From Gammaproteobacteria bacterium (lineage in GTDB: Bacteria; Pseudomonadota; Gammaproteobacteria; Pseudomonadales; Pseudohongiellaceae): a DNA stretch of 64,000 nucleotides. Below, piece by piece: positions 47,276-56,748 of the stretch. How positions within the stretch are numbered: the first letter of the stretch is position 1; the number at the start of each line of letters is the position of its first letter. A program made the position numbers and the translations under genes. The stretch is from NCBI GenBank assembly GCA_963854625.1, contig CAWKZY010000005.1, positions 10,028 to 74,027 on the forward strand, read 5' to 3'. The notes under the pieces were generated by a model that saw only the letters and a list, made by a program, of their open reading frames with translations, ran no database searches and was not told where the DNA came from.

Positions 47276-47823
47276 ACAAAGAGCAAAAGAAGATCTTACT
47301 AGTGGAAGACGACGATGTGTTTTCTCGTGTAATCTCTCGCGCTTTGGTTAATCGCGGTTATGAGTTGTTCCATGCGGCGGAGGTGGACTCTGCAATAGTC
47401 CTTATCGAGACTGATGCCTTGGACTATGCGATTTTAGATTTAAACTTGGGAGGACATACCTCCCTTAAGCTAATCCCGGTCTTAAAAGGGAGAAATCCAA
47501 TGATTAGGATTTTAATCCTCACCGGCTACGCAAGCATAGCAACCGCCGTTGAGGCCATCAAATTAGGTGCAGATAACTATCTTGCCAAACCCGCTAATGC
47601 CGATGAAATTGTCTCAGCGCTGGTTGAGAAACCAGCAGGCGAAGCACCCTCATACGATTCAAACCTCGCCATGGAATCCATGTCAGTGCGTCGTTTAGAA
47701 TGGGAGCACATACAAAAAATCCTGATGGAAAACGACGGCAACATTTCAGCCACAGCGCGGCAGTTAAGAATGCACCGCCGCACCCTACAGCGAAAACTCC
47801 AAAAGCGACCTGTCGCCAAATAA
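47272..47823 (+). CDS. regA: Response regulator of the RegA/PrrA/ActR/RoxR family
   Basis: 183 aa. Receiver domain (ILLVEDDD…DLNLGG…) and a C-terminal Fis-type HTH (NISATARQLRMHRRTLQRKLQKRP) highly characteristic of RegA. Confidence 0.85.
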   Translation: MNKEQKKILLVEDDDVFSRVISRALVNRGYELFHAAEVDSAIVLIETDALDYAILDLNLGGHTSLKLIPVLKGRNPMIRILILTGYASIATAVEAIKLGADNYLAKPANADEIVSALVEKPAGEAPSYDSNLAMESMSVRRLEWEHIQKILMENDGNISATARQLRMHRRTLQRKLQKRPVAK

Positions 47824-47866
47824 AAGTTTATTATATTGGCGTAGTGGGGCTGCTATTGTGAATCAG

Positions 47867-48670
47867 CTAGCGGCGAGTCAAAGGCGCCATCGTAAGATGA
47901 CGACCGCCATCTAGCATCATTGTCTCCCCAGTAACTATCTGTGGACCGGTAATGAAGCTCAGAATACCGTCGGCTACGCTTTCTGGGGTAGCTGTAGCAC
48001 CGAGGGGTGCATTGCTGATATTGAAGTCCATGACTTTTTTATACTGCTCCTCTCCCAAGCCTTCCAGCAGCCAATCTCCAGCTATAAAACCGGGACAAAC
48101 TGCGTTAACGCGCATTGAGGGACCCAGGGCTCTAGCCAGTGACAGTGTCATAGTTACCATAGCGCCCTTAGACGCAGCATAAGCTACTGAACTGCCAATA
48201 CCCGTCACACCCGCAGTAGATGCCACGTTGACTACCGCGCCAGCGCAATCGAGCTCTTTCATCGCAGGGGCAACAGCGCGAATCATTTGAAAGGCACCCA
48301 CCACATTGACTCCGTAAATATGCTGAAAATCAGCTGCGTCTAGCCCGTCAAGATCACTATGCTCAACAAACTTAGTGGTTCCCGCGTTATTAACCAGAAT
48401 GTCGATACGCCCCCACTGACTCAAAGCCGCTTCTGCCATTGCAAGACAATCAGCATCCTCAGCCACATTACCTTTGACAACGATGGTCTCCCCACCGGCA
48501 GCGGCACAAGCGGCGGCGGTCTTTTGGGCACCGGCTTCATTGGAATTGTAATTTATGAGCACACGGCAGCCTTTAGATGCCAGCAGCTCAGCGGTTGCGG
48601 CACCTACACCGCTGCTGGAACCTGTCACAATAGCGACTCTATCCTGTAAATTTTTCACTCTATGCTCCAT
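47867..48670 (-). CDS. SDR-family oxidoreductase
   Basis: 267 aa. TGSSSGVGAA (TGxxxGxG), NNAG and YAASK (YxxxK). Confidence 0.85.
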   Translation of the reverse strand: MEHRVKNLQDRVAIVTGSSSGVGAATAELLASKGCRVLINYNSNEAGAQKTAAACAAAGGETIVVKGNVAEDADCLAMAEAALSQWGRIDILVNNAGTTKFVEHSDLDGLDAADFQHIYGVNVVGAFQMIRAVAPAMKELDCAGAVVNVASTAGVTGIGSSVAYAASKGAMVTMTLSLARALGPSMRVNAVCPGFIAGDWLLEGLGEEQYKKVMDFNISNAPLGATATPESVADGILSFITGPQIVTGETMMLDGGRHLTMAPLTRR

Positions 48671-49042
48671 CTATTAAGAAATCAGTAACTTATAAAAGTG
48701 GCTTATAAAATTGGCCTATGAACGTACCATAGTTTAGCTGAAAACCCTGCCAAGAGGGATCACCATAGGCTGCGATGAGTCGATTCGATAAAACCGTGAT
48801 ATTCATTGCATTCACCCCTTGAGTGGTTACAATACGTAACACTTTTAAGGGAGCACTATCCCCTTAGTAGCACTACAATCTTCATCGGCTCAGTTCATGT
48901 AGGCCGTTTCAATAATTGAAGCAAAATAGCCAATACGTACTAAAATCTGACTTATGGAAGATATCGTATTGGTAAGTACTTATTTAATAAAAGCACCCTA
49001 CATCTGGTGATTTTGAAGAATAAGTACTATAAGGAGATTCGA

Positions 49043-50158
49043 GTGAAAAAGCAGCAATTGGTAGCAATAGCCATCTTCGCAGTGGTTGTTCTTTGGATGA
49101 TAGTGCCTAGAGACATTGACCGCAGCAATGCAGATTTGAACGGGCCAACACGCACTGTTCAAGCGATCTCAGGAGGGCAAGCGGCCAGCGAAAGTCCAGA
49201 TATTATTACAGTCAGGGCAATCCGTGTTTCTCCTCAAAGTTACAATGACAAAATTCGCGTGCGCGGTCGAACACAAGCTTATCGTCAGGTAGAAGTGCGC
49301 GCGGAAGTTGCTGGACGCTTAGTCGGCGAGCCTATTCCCAGAGGGGCAAGGGTTAAAACAGGCGACACTCTCTGCGAAATCGCGGTCGATAATCGCGGTG
49401 CTGATCTCTTAGAAAACCAAAGTCGCTTAGAACAAGCTCAGTTCGAATATGACGCCTCGACCGACTTACAGAGCAGAAACCTTCAATCGGAAGTGGCTGT
49501 TGCCCAGTTTAAGGCAGCTCTTGATTCAGCCAAAGCTGGCGTCGCTCGGGCTGAACTCGCATTACGTAATACCAAGGTTGTCGCACCATTTGATGGAGTG
49601 GTGGAAATGAGAGCTGCAGAAATGGGCGATCTGTTAAACATTGGCGCTGTCTGCGCTACTGTTTTAGACGATAGCCCTATGTTACTCGTCGGACTTGTAC
49701 CAGAGCAAGATATAGCCCCACTCACAATAGGCTCACAGGTTAATGCCCAACTCCTGACAGGCGAGATAATAAGCGGCGAGATTACCTATATCGCACGGAA
49801 CGCAAATGACATTTCTAGGAGCTATCGCATCGAAGCAGAAATAGATGCGAATGAATACAATCTCCGGGCTGGGGTGACTACTGAAATTCTTATCCAAGCT
49901 GCAAATATTCAAGCCCACCTTATACCTGCTTCTGCATTGACCCTCGATGATAACGGAGCTATTGGCGTTAAACTGATCGATGACAAAGGCAATGTGAGGT
50001 TTAGCAACGTCAGCATCGTTGGCGATAATACTGGCCTACTCAACCCAGGTATTTGGGTTACCGGTCTCGACGGCAATGTCAATTTAGTGACTGTAGGTCA
50101 GGAAATTGTATTTCCAGGACAGCAGGTTGAAAGCAATTTTGAGTGGTCTACTAATTAA
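49043..50158 (+). CDS. RND efflux periplasmic adaptor (MFP/HlyD family)
   Basis: GTG start at 49043, preceded by AAGGAG. TM anchor, coiled-coil segment and beta-barrel pattern. Immediately upstream of the RND permease. Confidence 0.8.
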   Translation: MKKQQLVAIAIFAVVVLWMIVPRDIDRSNADLNGPTRTVQAISGGQAASESPDIITVRAIRVSPQSYNDKIRVRGRTQAYRQVEVRAEVAGRLVGEPIPRGARVKTGDTLCEIAVDNRGADLLENQSRLEQAQFEYDASTDLQSRNLQSEVAVAQFKAALDSAKAGVARAELALRNTKVVAPFDGVVEMRAAEMGDLLNIGAVCATVLDDSPMLLVGLVPEQDIAPLTIGSQVNAQLLTGEIISGEITYIARNANDISRSYRIEAEIDANEYNLRAGVTTEILIQAANIQAHLIPASALTLDDNGAIGVKLIDDKGNVRFSNVSIVGDNTGLLNPGIWVTGLDGNVNLVTVGQEIVFPGQQVESNFEWSTN

Positions 50159-50190
50159 GCACAATATCTGAATTAGGAGTTATTTACGCA

Positions 50191-53100
50191 ATGACAAGTT
50201 ATATAGATGCGGCTATATCGCGCTCAAGAACGACACTCAGTATTTTTGTAGCGATAATGCTGACAGGGTTTGTCTCCTACTTATCCATTCCAGTAGAGCT
50301 AAATCCTGACGTTGAAGTTCCCATTATAGTCACGTCCATTATTCATAGCGGTATATCACCTGAGGATGCTGAGAGGTTGCTGGCAAAACCCGCCGAACTC
50401 GAACTCAAGACCTTGGACGGGATCACCTCTATCAGCTCGTTTTCCAGTGAAAATGCAGCAACTATCATCACCGAGTTTGATATCGATTTTGACTCTCAGT
50501 TTGCTCTTTCCGAAGTTCGTGAAGCCGTTAACAGAGCAAAAGCCCGATTCCCTCAAGAAACCGAAGAACCTATTTTTCAAGAAGTATCGGCCGCCTCAGT
50601 TCCTGTGGTCACAATCGCAATAAGCGGCGAAGGCGTATCGGAACGCACCCTGCTTCGTATTGCCGAGAATCTACAGCGAGAAATAGAAATACTCCCCCCT
50701 GTTTTAGAAGCCAACATGGTTGGCAACAGAGAAGAACTTTTAGAAGCGGTGATAGATCCTGCCAAACTTGAAACCTACGGCATTCCTAACAGCGCTATCA
50801 TTCAAGCGGTAACCAATAACAACCGCTTAATCCCAGCCGGTCAAGTTGACACCGGCCAAGGCAGCTTCTCCGTTAAGGTTCCAGGTTTAATTGAAGACGC
50901 CGACGACCTCTTTAATTTACCACTTGCCTCAACAAGTCTCGGGGTAATTACCGTGGCTAACATCGCGGATGTGCGACGTACATTTAAAGATGCCACTCGC
51001 TACTCCTACGCCAACGGCTCAGCCTCAATCTCTCTTAATGTGCAAAAGCGCAAGGGAGCAAATTTGGTTGAGACAATGGAGCAGATAGATGCGATAGTTC
51101 AGGAAATTCGTCCTAGCTTGCCCCCGGCAGTGACTTTGTCCTACATTAATAATACCGCGCCTTTGGTGCTTGAACAAAATCTTGGGCTGCAAGGTAACAT
51201 GGCCACCGCGATGATTTTAGTTCTCATTGTAGTGATTGCTTCTGTGGGTGTTCGCTCCGGTTTAATTGTTACCCTCGCTGTGCCCTTTTCCTTTTTCTTT
51301 GCCTTCATTATTATCAGCTTGCTAGGCTTTACCTATAACTTTATGGTGATCTTTGGATTGCTGCTAGGGCTGGGTATGCTGATTGATGGCGCCATTGTGA
51401 TGGTCGAGTATGCGGATCGCAAAATGGCTGAAGGCTTGGGTGCACATGCCGCTTACCGCGAAGCGGTGAGAAGAATGTTCTGGCCTATCATGGCCTCAAC
51501 GGCGACGACTTTAGCCGCATTCCTACCCATCATGTTCTGGCCTGGTGTCGCCGGCCAATTCATGAGCTATTTGCCTATTACTGTATTTGCGGTATTGATC
51601 GGTTCGCTGTTCTACGCTCTTTTATTTGCGCCAACTATTGGCGCACTGATCGGTCGCTCCACTGATGCCAGCAATTCTCATTCACGTCAATTAGAGAAAG
51701 ACCATACCGAAGAAATCACAGGCATTACCGGAGTCTATGCCAAGGTGCTTGGGGTTGCTGTACGCATGCCAATCATCGTGTTCTTTGGAAGCATTTTCAC
51801 ACTCGTCTCAATCGTATGGGCCTATGGGCAATTCGGTAAAGGGGTTGAGTTCTTCACCAGCGTTGAACCAAGCCAAACGCAGATTCAGGTTTTTGCGCGG
51901 GGTAATTTTTCACCCAGCGAAGTACGGGATATAGTACTGGATGTCGAAAGTAGAATTACCGAAGTAGGTTATTACAAAGCCATCGTGACTCAATCCGGCG
52001 CTGGCCAACAACTTGGCGGTGACCAGCAAACCGCGCCAGATCTCATTGGCAGCATCTTTATTGAAATGACTGACAGACGCGATAGAGACCTCGATGGCTT
52101 TGAAGTTGAAAACAGCTATCGAGATGCGATTACCAATATCCCAGGCGCTCGCGCTGAAGTCGCCTCTATTGAGCAAGGCCCTCCGGTCGGTAAAGAGATT
52201 CAAATAGAGCTATCCGGTGACGACCTCGATGCCCTTTTCGCTGAAGCAACTAGAATTCGAAATCATATGGAGACTGAAATGGGCGGCGACCTCATCGATA
52301 TCGATGACACCGCTCCAGTACCTGGAATCGAATGGGAGATGGTTGTTGATCGCGCACGAGCGGCCATGCTTGGCGCCAGCATGGCTGAAATTGGAACGGC
52401 GATTCAGTTGATGACCAATGGTATCTTTATGGGCGACTATCGTCCCGACGACAGCGAAGAAGAAGTTGAGATTCGAGTGCGCTACCCCGCACAGTACCGT
52501 GGCCTTTCGCAGATGGACACGATACGAATAAGTACCTCAAACGGCCCAGTGCCTATTAGCAGTTTTGTGACTAGAGTTGCCAAGCCTAAAGTAAGCTCTA
52601 TTCAACGAGTTGATGGCAACCGAGTTGTGTACGTTAGGGCGAATCCAGCACCTGGCATAGTTGCAGATAATAAGCTGCAAGAACTAGCTGTTTACATGGA
52701 AGAGAATCCTACTCGTAAGGGTGTGGCTTATAATTTCCGCGGTGCTAACGAAGAACAGGCTGAATCGGCTGCATTTTTAGGACAAGCATTTTCGCTTGCG
52801 CTGGTCTTGATGGCGATTCTTTTGGTGACGCAGTTCAACAGCTACTATCAAGCACTGCTCATCTTATCTTCAGTATTGCTTTCCACGGCCGGAGTATTGC
52901 TTGGTCTACTGACCACAGGGCAAACATTCAGTGTGATTTTGACCGGCATAGGGATTGTGGCGTTAGCGGGAATTATCGTTAACAACAATATTGTACTGAT
53001 CGATACCTTCAATGTGCTTAAGGCAGACAACCCAGATTGGACAATCCAAAAAGTAATCGTGACCACCGGGGTACAGCGGCTACGCCCAGTATTCTTAACC

Positions 53101-53361
53101 ACCTTCACAACTGGCTTTGGATTGCTGCCATTGGCGATGCATGTATCCGTAGATTTGATCGGCGCAGAAATTGAAGTCGGTGGGCCGATTACATCCCAGT
53201 GGGTGAGCTTAGCCTCGGCAATCGTGTTTGGACTGTCTTTTGGCACTATCCTTACGCTCATAGTCACACCTGCCATGCTAGCTTTACCTGACAGACTGAG
53301 AGAGCTTATTGGTAAGCTACCCAAGCTGCCCACGCGAAATAAGCCTCAGCTTAATACTTAA
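50191..53361 (+). CDS. RND efflux transporter permease (AcrB/AcrD/AcrF family)
   Basis: 1056 aa with 12 TM segments and two large periplasmic loops. Typical N-terminus …RSRTTLSIFVAIMLTG…. Confidence 0.9.
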   Translation: MTSYIDAAISRSRTTLSIFVAIMLTGFVSYLSIPVELNPDVEVPIIVTSIIHSGISPEDAERLLAKPAELELKTLDGITSISSFSSENAATIITEFDIDFDSQFALSEVREAVNRAKARFPQETEEPIFQEVSAASVPVVTIAISGEGVSERTLLRIAENLQREIEILPPVLEANMVGNREELLEAVIDPAKLETYGIPNSAIIQAVTNNNRLIPAGQVDTGQGSFSVKVPGLIEDADDLFNLPLASTSLGVITVANIADVRRTFKDATRYSYANGSASISLNVQKRKGANLVETMEQIDAIVQEIRPSLPPAVTLSYINNTAPLVLEQNLGLQGNMATAMILVLIVVIASVGVRSGLIVTLAVPFSFFFAFIIISLLGFTYNFMVIFGLLLGLGMLIDGAIVMVEYADRKMAEGLGAHAAYREAVRRMFWPIMASTATTLAAFLPIMFWPGVAGQFMSYLPITVFAVLIGSLFYALLFAPTIGALIGRSTDASNSHSRQLEKDHTEEITGITGVYAKVLGVAVRMPIIVFFGSIFTLVSIVWAYGQFGKGVEFFTSVEPSQTQIQVFARGNFSPSEVRDIVLDVESRITEVGYYKAIVTQSGAGQQLGGDQQTAPDLIGSIFIEMTDRRDRDLDGFEVENSYRDAITNIPGARAEVASIEQGPPVGKEIQIELSGDDLDALFAEATRIRNHMETEMGGDLIDIDDTAPVPGIEWEMVVDRARAAMLGASMAEIGTAIQLMTNGIFMGDYRPDDSEEEVEIRVRYPAQYRGLSQMDTIRISTSNGPVPISSFVTRVAKPKVSSIQRVDGNRVVYVRANPAPGIVADNKLQELAVYMEENPTRKGVAYNFRGANEEQAESAAFLGQAFSLALVLMAILLVTQFNSYYQALLILSSVLLSTAGVLLGLLTTGQTFSVILTGIGIVALAGIIVNNNIVLIDTFNVLKADNPDWTIQKVIVTTGVQRLRPVFLTTFTTGFGLLPLAMHVSVDLIGAEIEVGGPITSQWVSLASAIVFGLSFGTILTLIVTPAMLALPDRLRELIGKLPKLPTRNKPQLNT

Positions 53362-53375
53362 ATAACGCCCTAGCT

Positions 53376-53410
53376 GCGGCTTACTACTTCGCTTAAGCCG
53401 CGGCTTTTTT
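53376..53410 (+). terminator. Rho-independent terminator after the RND operon
   Basis: GCGGCTTA-ctacttcgct-TAAGCCGC followed by GGCTTTTTT. Confidence 0.75.
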
Positions 53411-53737
53411 AATCCCCACACAGCGAGCGCAAGCCTAAGTCGTAGCGAGGCAGTAACGCCAGCAGGGCTATAATAGGTACAGATCTCGGTCCGGCGCACC
53501 GGGATTTAATTATGCTATTGAGCATTCAGGATTGTGCCAATATATTTGGTGAAAACCACAGCGATCAAGATAGGCAATTATCTATGATCTGCCATCAAGC
53601 GCTAACGTCCTAAGCTTATTAATTCACGGGCGAAGTTTATGCCCGTGGTTCACAAACCTCATTGGCCATTTCTGACTTAGGAGACCATCGCCCTTCCCCG
53701 CCTCAGACAATTTACTTAATAAGCCCACGGAGAATAA

Positions 53738-55477
53738 TTAGCTCGACTGAAAGAGCTTGAGAAATTCAGATTCTCCTGACGGTGTACCTACCATTACAAG
53801 ATCACCATCTAAAGGAAGAACAGTGTCCGGCGAAGGGTTAGTCACGGTTCCTTCATGGTTATCGATGCCGATGATGCTACATTTTGTACGCTGGCGAATA
53901 TTCGCCTCTGCAATGGTTTTGCCAGCCAATTCCTTAGGAACCGGAGTCTTAAAAACATCAAGTCCCTCGGCGATCATTAATAGATCGCTGCGTTGAAGAA
54001 GATTGAACAAAGAATTAGAACCCATTGACGAATAGGACATCACGATATCGCAGCCAGCCCGGTGAAGCGACGCGACGCTTTCCTCAAAAGTAGAACGACA
54101 AATAATTTGAATATCAGGCCTAAGCAGGCGACACAGAATTGTCAGGTAGATATTAGTCTCATCATCACGCGGGGTTATAATGACAGTTGGCGCATGGTCG
54201 ATTCCTGCACGCTGCAGCACCCCCCTATCCGATGCAGAACCGTGAATAACCTTATCAGAACCTCTAGCTCGCTTTTCTAGCTGTTCGACAATAACGTAGT
54301 CAATGCCACGCCGCTGAAGTGAAACCGCAGTTGCGCGGCCAACCCGGCCACCGCCGATTATCAACACAGAAGTCGTTACTGGCGCTTCTCCTGAGCATTT
54401 GAAATTAGTGTCAAATTCACGCAGCTGAGCAGTCGAGCCGGCCAGCAAAAGGACGGTATTGGGTTCCACAACGCTTTCCTGCTGGCCTATTTCAAAATTC
54501 CCGCGGGCCCAAAACCCAACAATGCTGACGCTAGTCGCACGTTGCGCCTCGTTGTAGCCTTGGCCAACTAATGAAGTCCGCGCCGCATCAACCTCCGCAA
54601 TCACCAGGTCATCAATGCGGCCCACAATATGAGTAAGTTTGTCTCCACCGATAGCTCGCCTAGCAAGCGCCTCGGCGATTAAATGGGTCAGATCCAGAAC
54701 TCGATTACAGCCAGCCAACTTGAGAACATCAGTTGATGTTTCTTCTCTGGCAGTGGCGATTATTAGAGTCTTATCTGTCACCCCTCTTGCTGTAAAAACT
54801 ACCGATGTATTAATAATGTCAGAGCGGGTGGTCGCCACCATCGCAGCTCGCGCAACACCTGCTCGAATAAAAGTGTCTGGGTCATTTAGCTCGCCGTGAA
54901 TAGCGTTAATACCTTTATCGTTAAGACGCAAAACATCATCGAGCTCGGGCAGAACTAAAATATAAGCGTAATCAAATTGAACTAGCTTAGGAATCAAAGC
55001 CCTTATCACTGGGTCGTAAAACGTCAAAATCACATGATCATGTATTTCATCAGCGATCGTCCGACGGACACGACTCGCCGCACGGGACTCCATCCAAGGT
55101 TCATAAAAAAGCTCTATAAAAGTAAAAGGCAGCAGAATCAGCATGTAGATGATTCCAGAAAGGAGAACCAATATTGAATACAGTCGCCCGAGGTCCGTGA
55201 CAAAAGAAATGTCACCGTATCCCAAAGTAGACATGGTTGAGAGGGTCCAGTAAAACCCGGAGATAAAAGAATACTTCTGACCTTCGTAGGCCATTAGTAA
55301 TTGAAAAATAATGGAGAAGCTCGTCACCAGAATACCAAGCGTGACAATAAATCTTAACAGCGCACGAGAGTTACGATCTATTAGCTTTGCAGAAGCCCGT
55401 TTCAATAACTGCAAAAAGTACTTCTGAAAAGACAACGCCCAGGGTGGTTTATTGCCGTTACTTTCTTGGGAATTCAA
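53738..55477 (-). CDS. Two-TM potassium channel with tandem RCK (TrkA-N) domains
   Basis: Selectivity filter TLGYGD, followed by two Rossmann-like RCK domains (IIGGGRVGRA…). TTG start. Confidence 0.85.
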   Translation of the reverse strand: MNSQESNGNKPPWALSFQKYFLQLLKRASAKLIDRNSRALLRFIVTLGILVTSFSIIFQLLMAYEGQKYSFISGFYWTLSTMSTLGYGDISFVTDLGRLYSILVLLSGIIYMLILLPFTFIELFYEPWMESRAASRVRRTIADEIHDHVILTFYDPVIRALIPKLVQFDYAYILVLPELDDVLRLNDKGINAIHGELNDPDTFIRAGVARAAMVATTRSDIINTSVVFTARGVTDKTLIIATAREETSTDVLKLAGCNRVLDLTHLIAEALARRAIGGDKLTHIVGRIDDLVIAEVDAARTSLVGQGYNEAQRATSVSIVGFWARGNFEIGQQESVVEPNTVLLLAGSTAQLREFDTNFKCSGEAPVTTSVLIIGGGRVGRATAVSLQRRGIDYVIVEQLEKRARGSDKVIHGSASDRGVLQRAGIDHAPTVIITPRDDETNIYLTILCRLLRPDIQIICRSTFEESVASLHRAGCDIVMSYSSMGSNSLFNLLQRSDLLMIAEGLDVFKTPVPKELAGKTIAEANIRQRTKCSIIGIDNHEGTVTNPSPDTVLPLDGDLVMVGTPSGESEFLKLFQSS

Positions 55478-55717
55478 AATATTCTATCCAAATAAAGAGA
55501 CCTAAGAAATTGAGACTACCTCGTTATTACTCTCTTGCATACTTCAGGAGTTGAAGTTCATAAGTTCAGTTCTTGCGCAATAGAATGGATAAGGAAAGTG
55601 ACGACCGCGCAAATCAGCAGGAATCTCACAGATGCGATTGGCAGCGCGCTAACACTAGGGTAAATTGAGATTGATCGTGGACGATACAGGGAATACAACC
55701 CTTACGGCTGCGGGAAT

Positions 55718-56443
55718 CTAAAACGAATCGGCTAGTAATGAGCCGCCTGCTCCCTGCTGCTGCAGAACGTTGGCCTTGCTCATCTGAGAATTTAAACGCA
55801 ACTGCTGTTCAGTAATCCTGATGCTTTCATGGAGATAACCGAACTTAGGGTCGCTTTGATCTAGATTTTGTTCCGCCATTGCTAAACGGTCTTTAAACAA
55901 GTGATAGGCTTCACGTAAATGATGAACCCGATCCTTGCCGGAGGTGAGACTAAGCGCATTGACATGCCAAGCGGATACTTTTTGCAGCCCCAACTCTAGT
56001 CGCGGGTCACTCTCATCGAACACACGACGATGGAGGAGTTCGAGGTAAGCATAATGATCATCCACCGCCTGCCAATTCCCAAGCTCCATCTCACTGTAAA
56101 TTATGAGCTCTAGCGTTGAAATCTGCGAGGCGCTATAAAAACCATCGTTAACACGAGAAAGCCGCCAAGATTTCGCAAGCAGGACAAGTGCCGACTGATG
56201 ATCGCCTGCTTCTTGAAATTGCCGGCCCGTCGCTCTGAGTGCTTCTGGGAGCTTGGCATTGTAGGCTCCAAATTTTTGTTTAAGTGTCGCTAGTAATTTT
56301 TCGGGGGACTGTGACCACTCGAGAACGAGATCAGTGCTCGGCTCAGAAACGGTCGATGTGGTTGCCGCCAATTGTTGGCCAAAACAGAATATAGGAACGA
56401 GTAAGAAGCTGAGAGCAAGCGCGAAATCTCTACCCGCTTTCAT
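55718..56443 (-). CDS. Hypothetical secreted, helical (TPR-like?) protein
   Basis: ORF 55718..56509; the probable start MKAGRDF at 56443 precedes a signal-like segment. No diagnostic motif. Confidence 0.4.
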   Translation of the reverse strand: MKAGRDFALALSFLLVPIFCFGQQLAATTSTVSEPSTDLVLEWSQSPEKLLATLKQKFGAYNAKLPEALRATGRQFQEAGDHQSALVLLAKSWRLSRVNDGFYSASQISTLELIIYSEMELGNWQAVDDHYAYLELLHRRVFDESDPRLELGLQKVSAWHVNALSLTSGKDRVHHLREAYHLFKDRLAMAEQNLDQSDPKFGYLHESIRITEQQLRLNSQMSKANVLQQQGAGGSLLADSF

Positions 56444-56748
56444 CAATAGTTTGGGGAACTGTTGTGTTTTTTGCTCGATAAACATCATTAAAATACGCTC
56501 TATTTGCAATAACTATGGCGTATTAGTTCAGTTTTATCAATGGATTATGTGACTTATTTTTCAGTAATATGACAGTACCGTTACATTATATTTTTTATTA
56601 TTGTTACTTATCAATGACTTGGTTTTCTGCGCTTTCTTTTGGTGCACTTAATATGACTATTCCCGACCATGCCAGTGACACACAAAAACCAACTAAAAAG
56701 CCTCTCGATAGGCAGTAGTGTAGTAAAGTTCTTCTCATTAATCCCGTT

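Noticed and set aside
48815-48851. Imperfect nested inverted repeat (CCCCTTGAGTGGTTAC-aatac-GTAACACTTTTAAGGGG-like) upstream of the RND pump operon, as a possible TetR-type operator
   Set aside because: The arms need bulges to pair, no regulator gene is adjacent, and the site is about 190 nt from the adaptor start. It is noted but not supportable as a feature.
53438-53462. Possible third copy of the 110-nt element (GTAGCGAGG…ACGCC)
   Set aside because: Only a 9-mer plus a few nearby bases match. A 9-mer match is expected by chance at about this window size, and the hairpin and palindrome are absent.
53620-53650. Hairpin CACGGGC-gaagtttat-GCCCGTG as the terminator of the K+ channel gene
   Set aside because: It is correctly placed downstream on the minus strand but is followed by AATTAAT rather than a U-run. 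Confidence is too low to list it.
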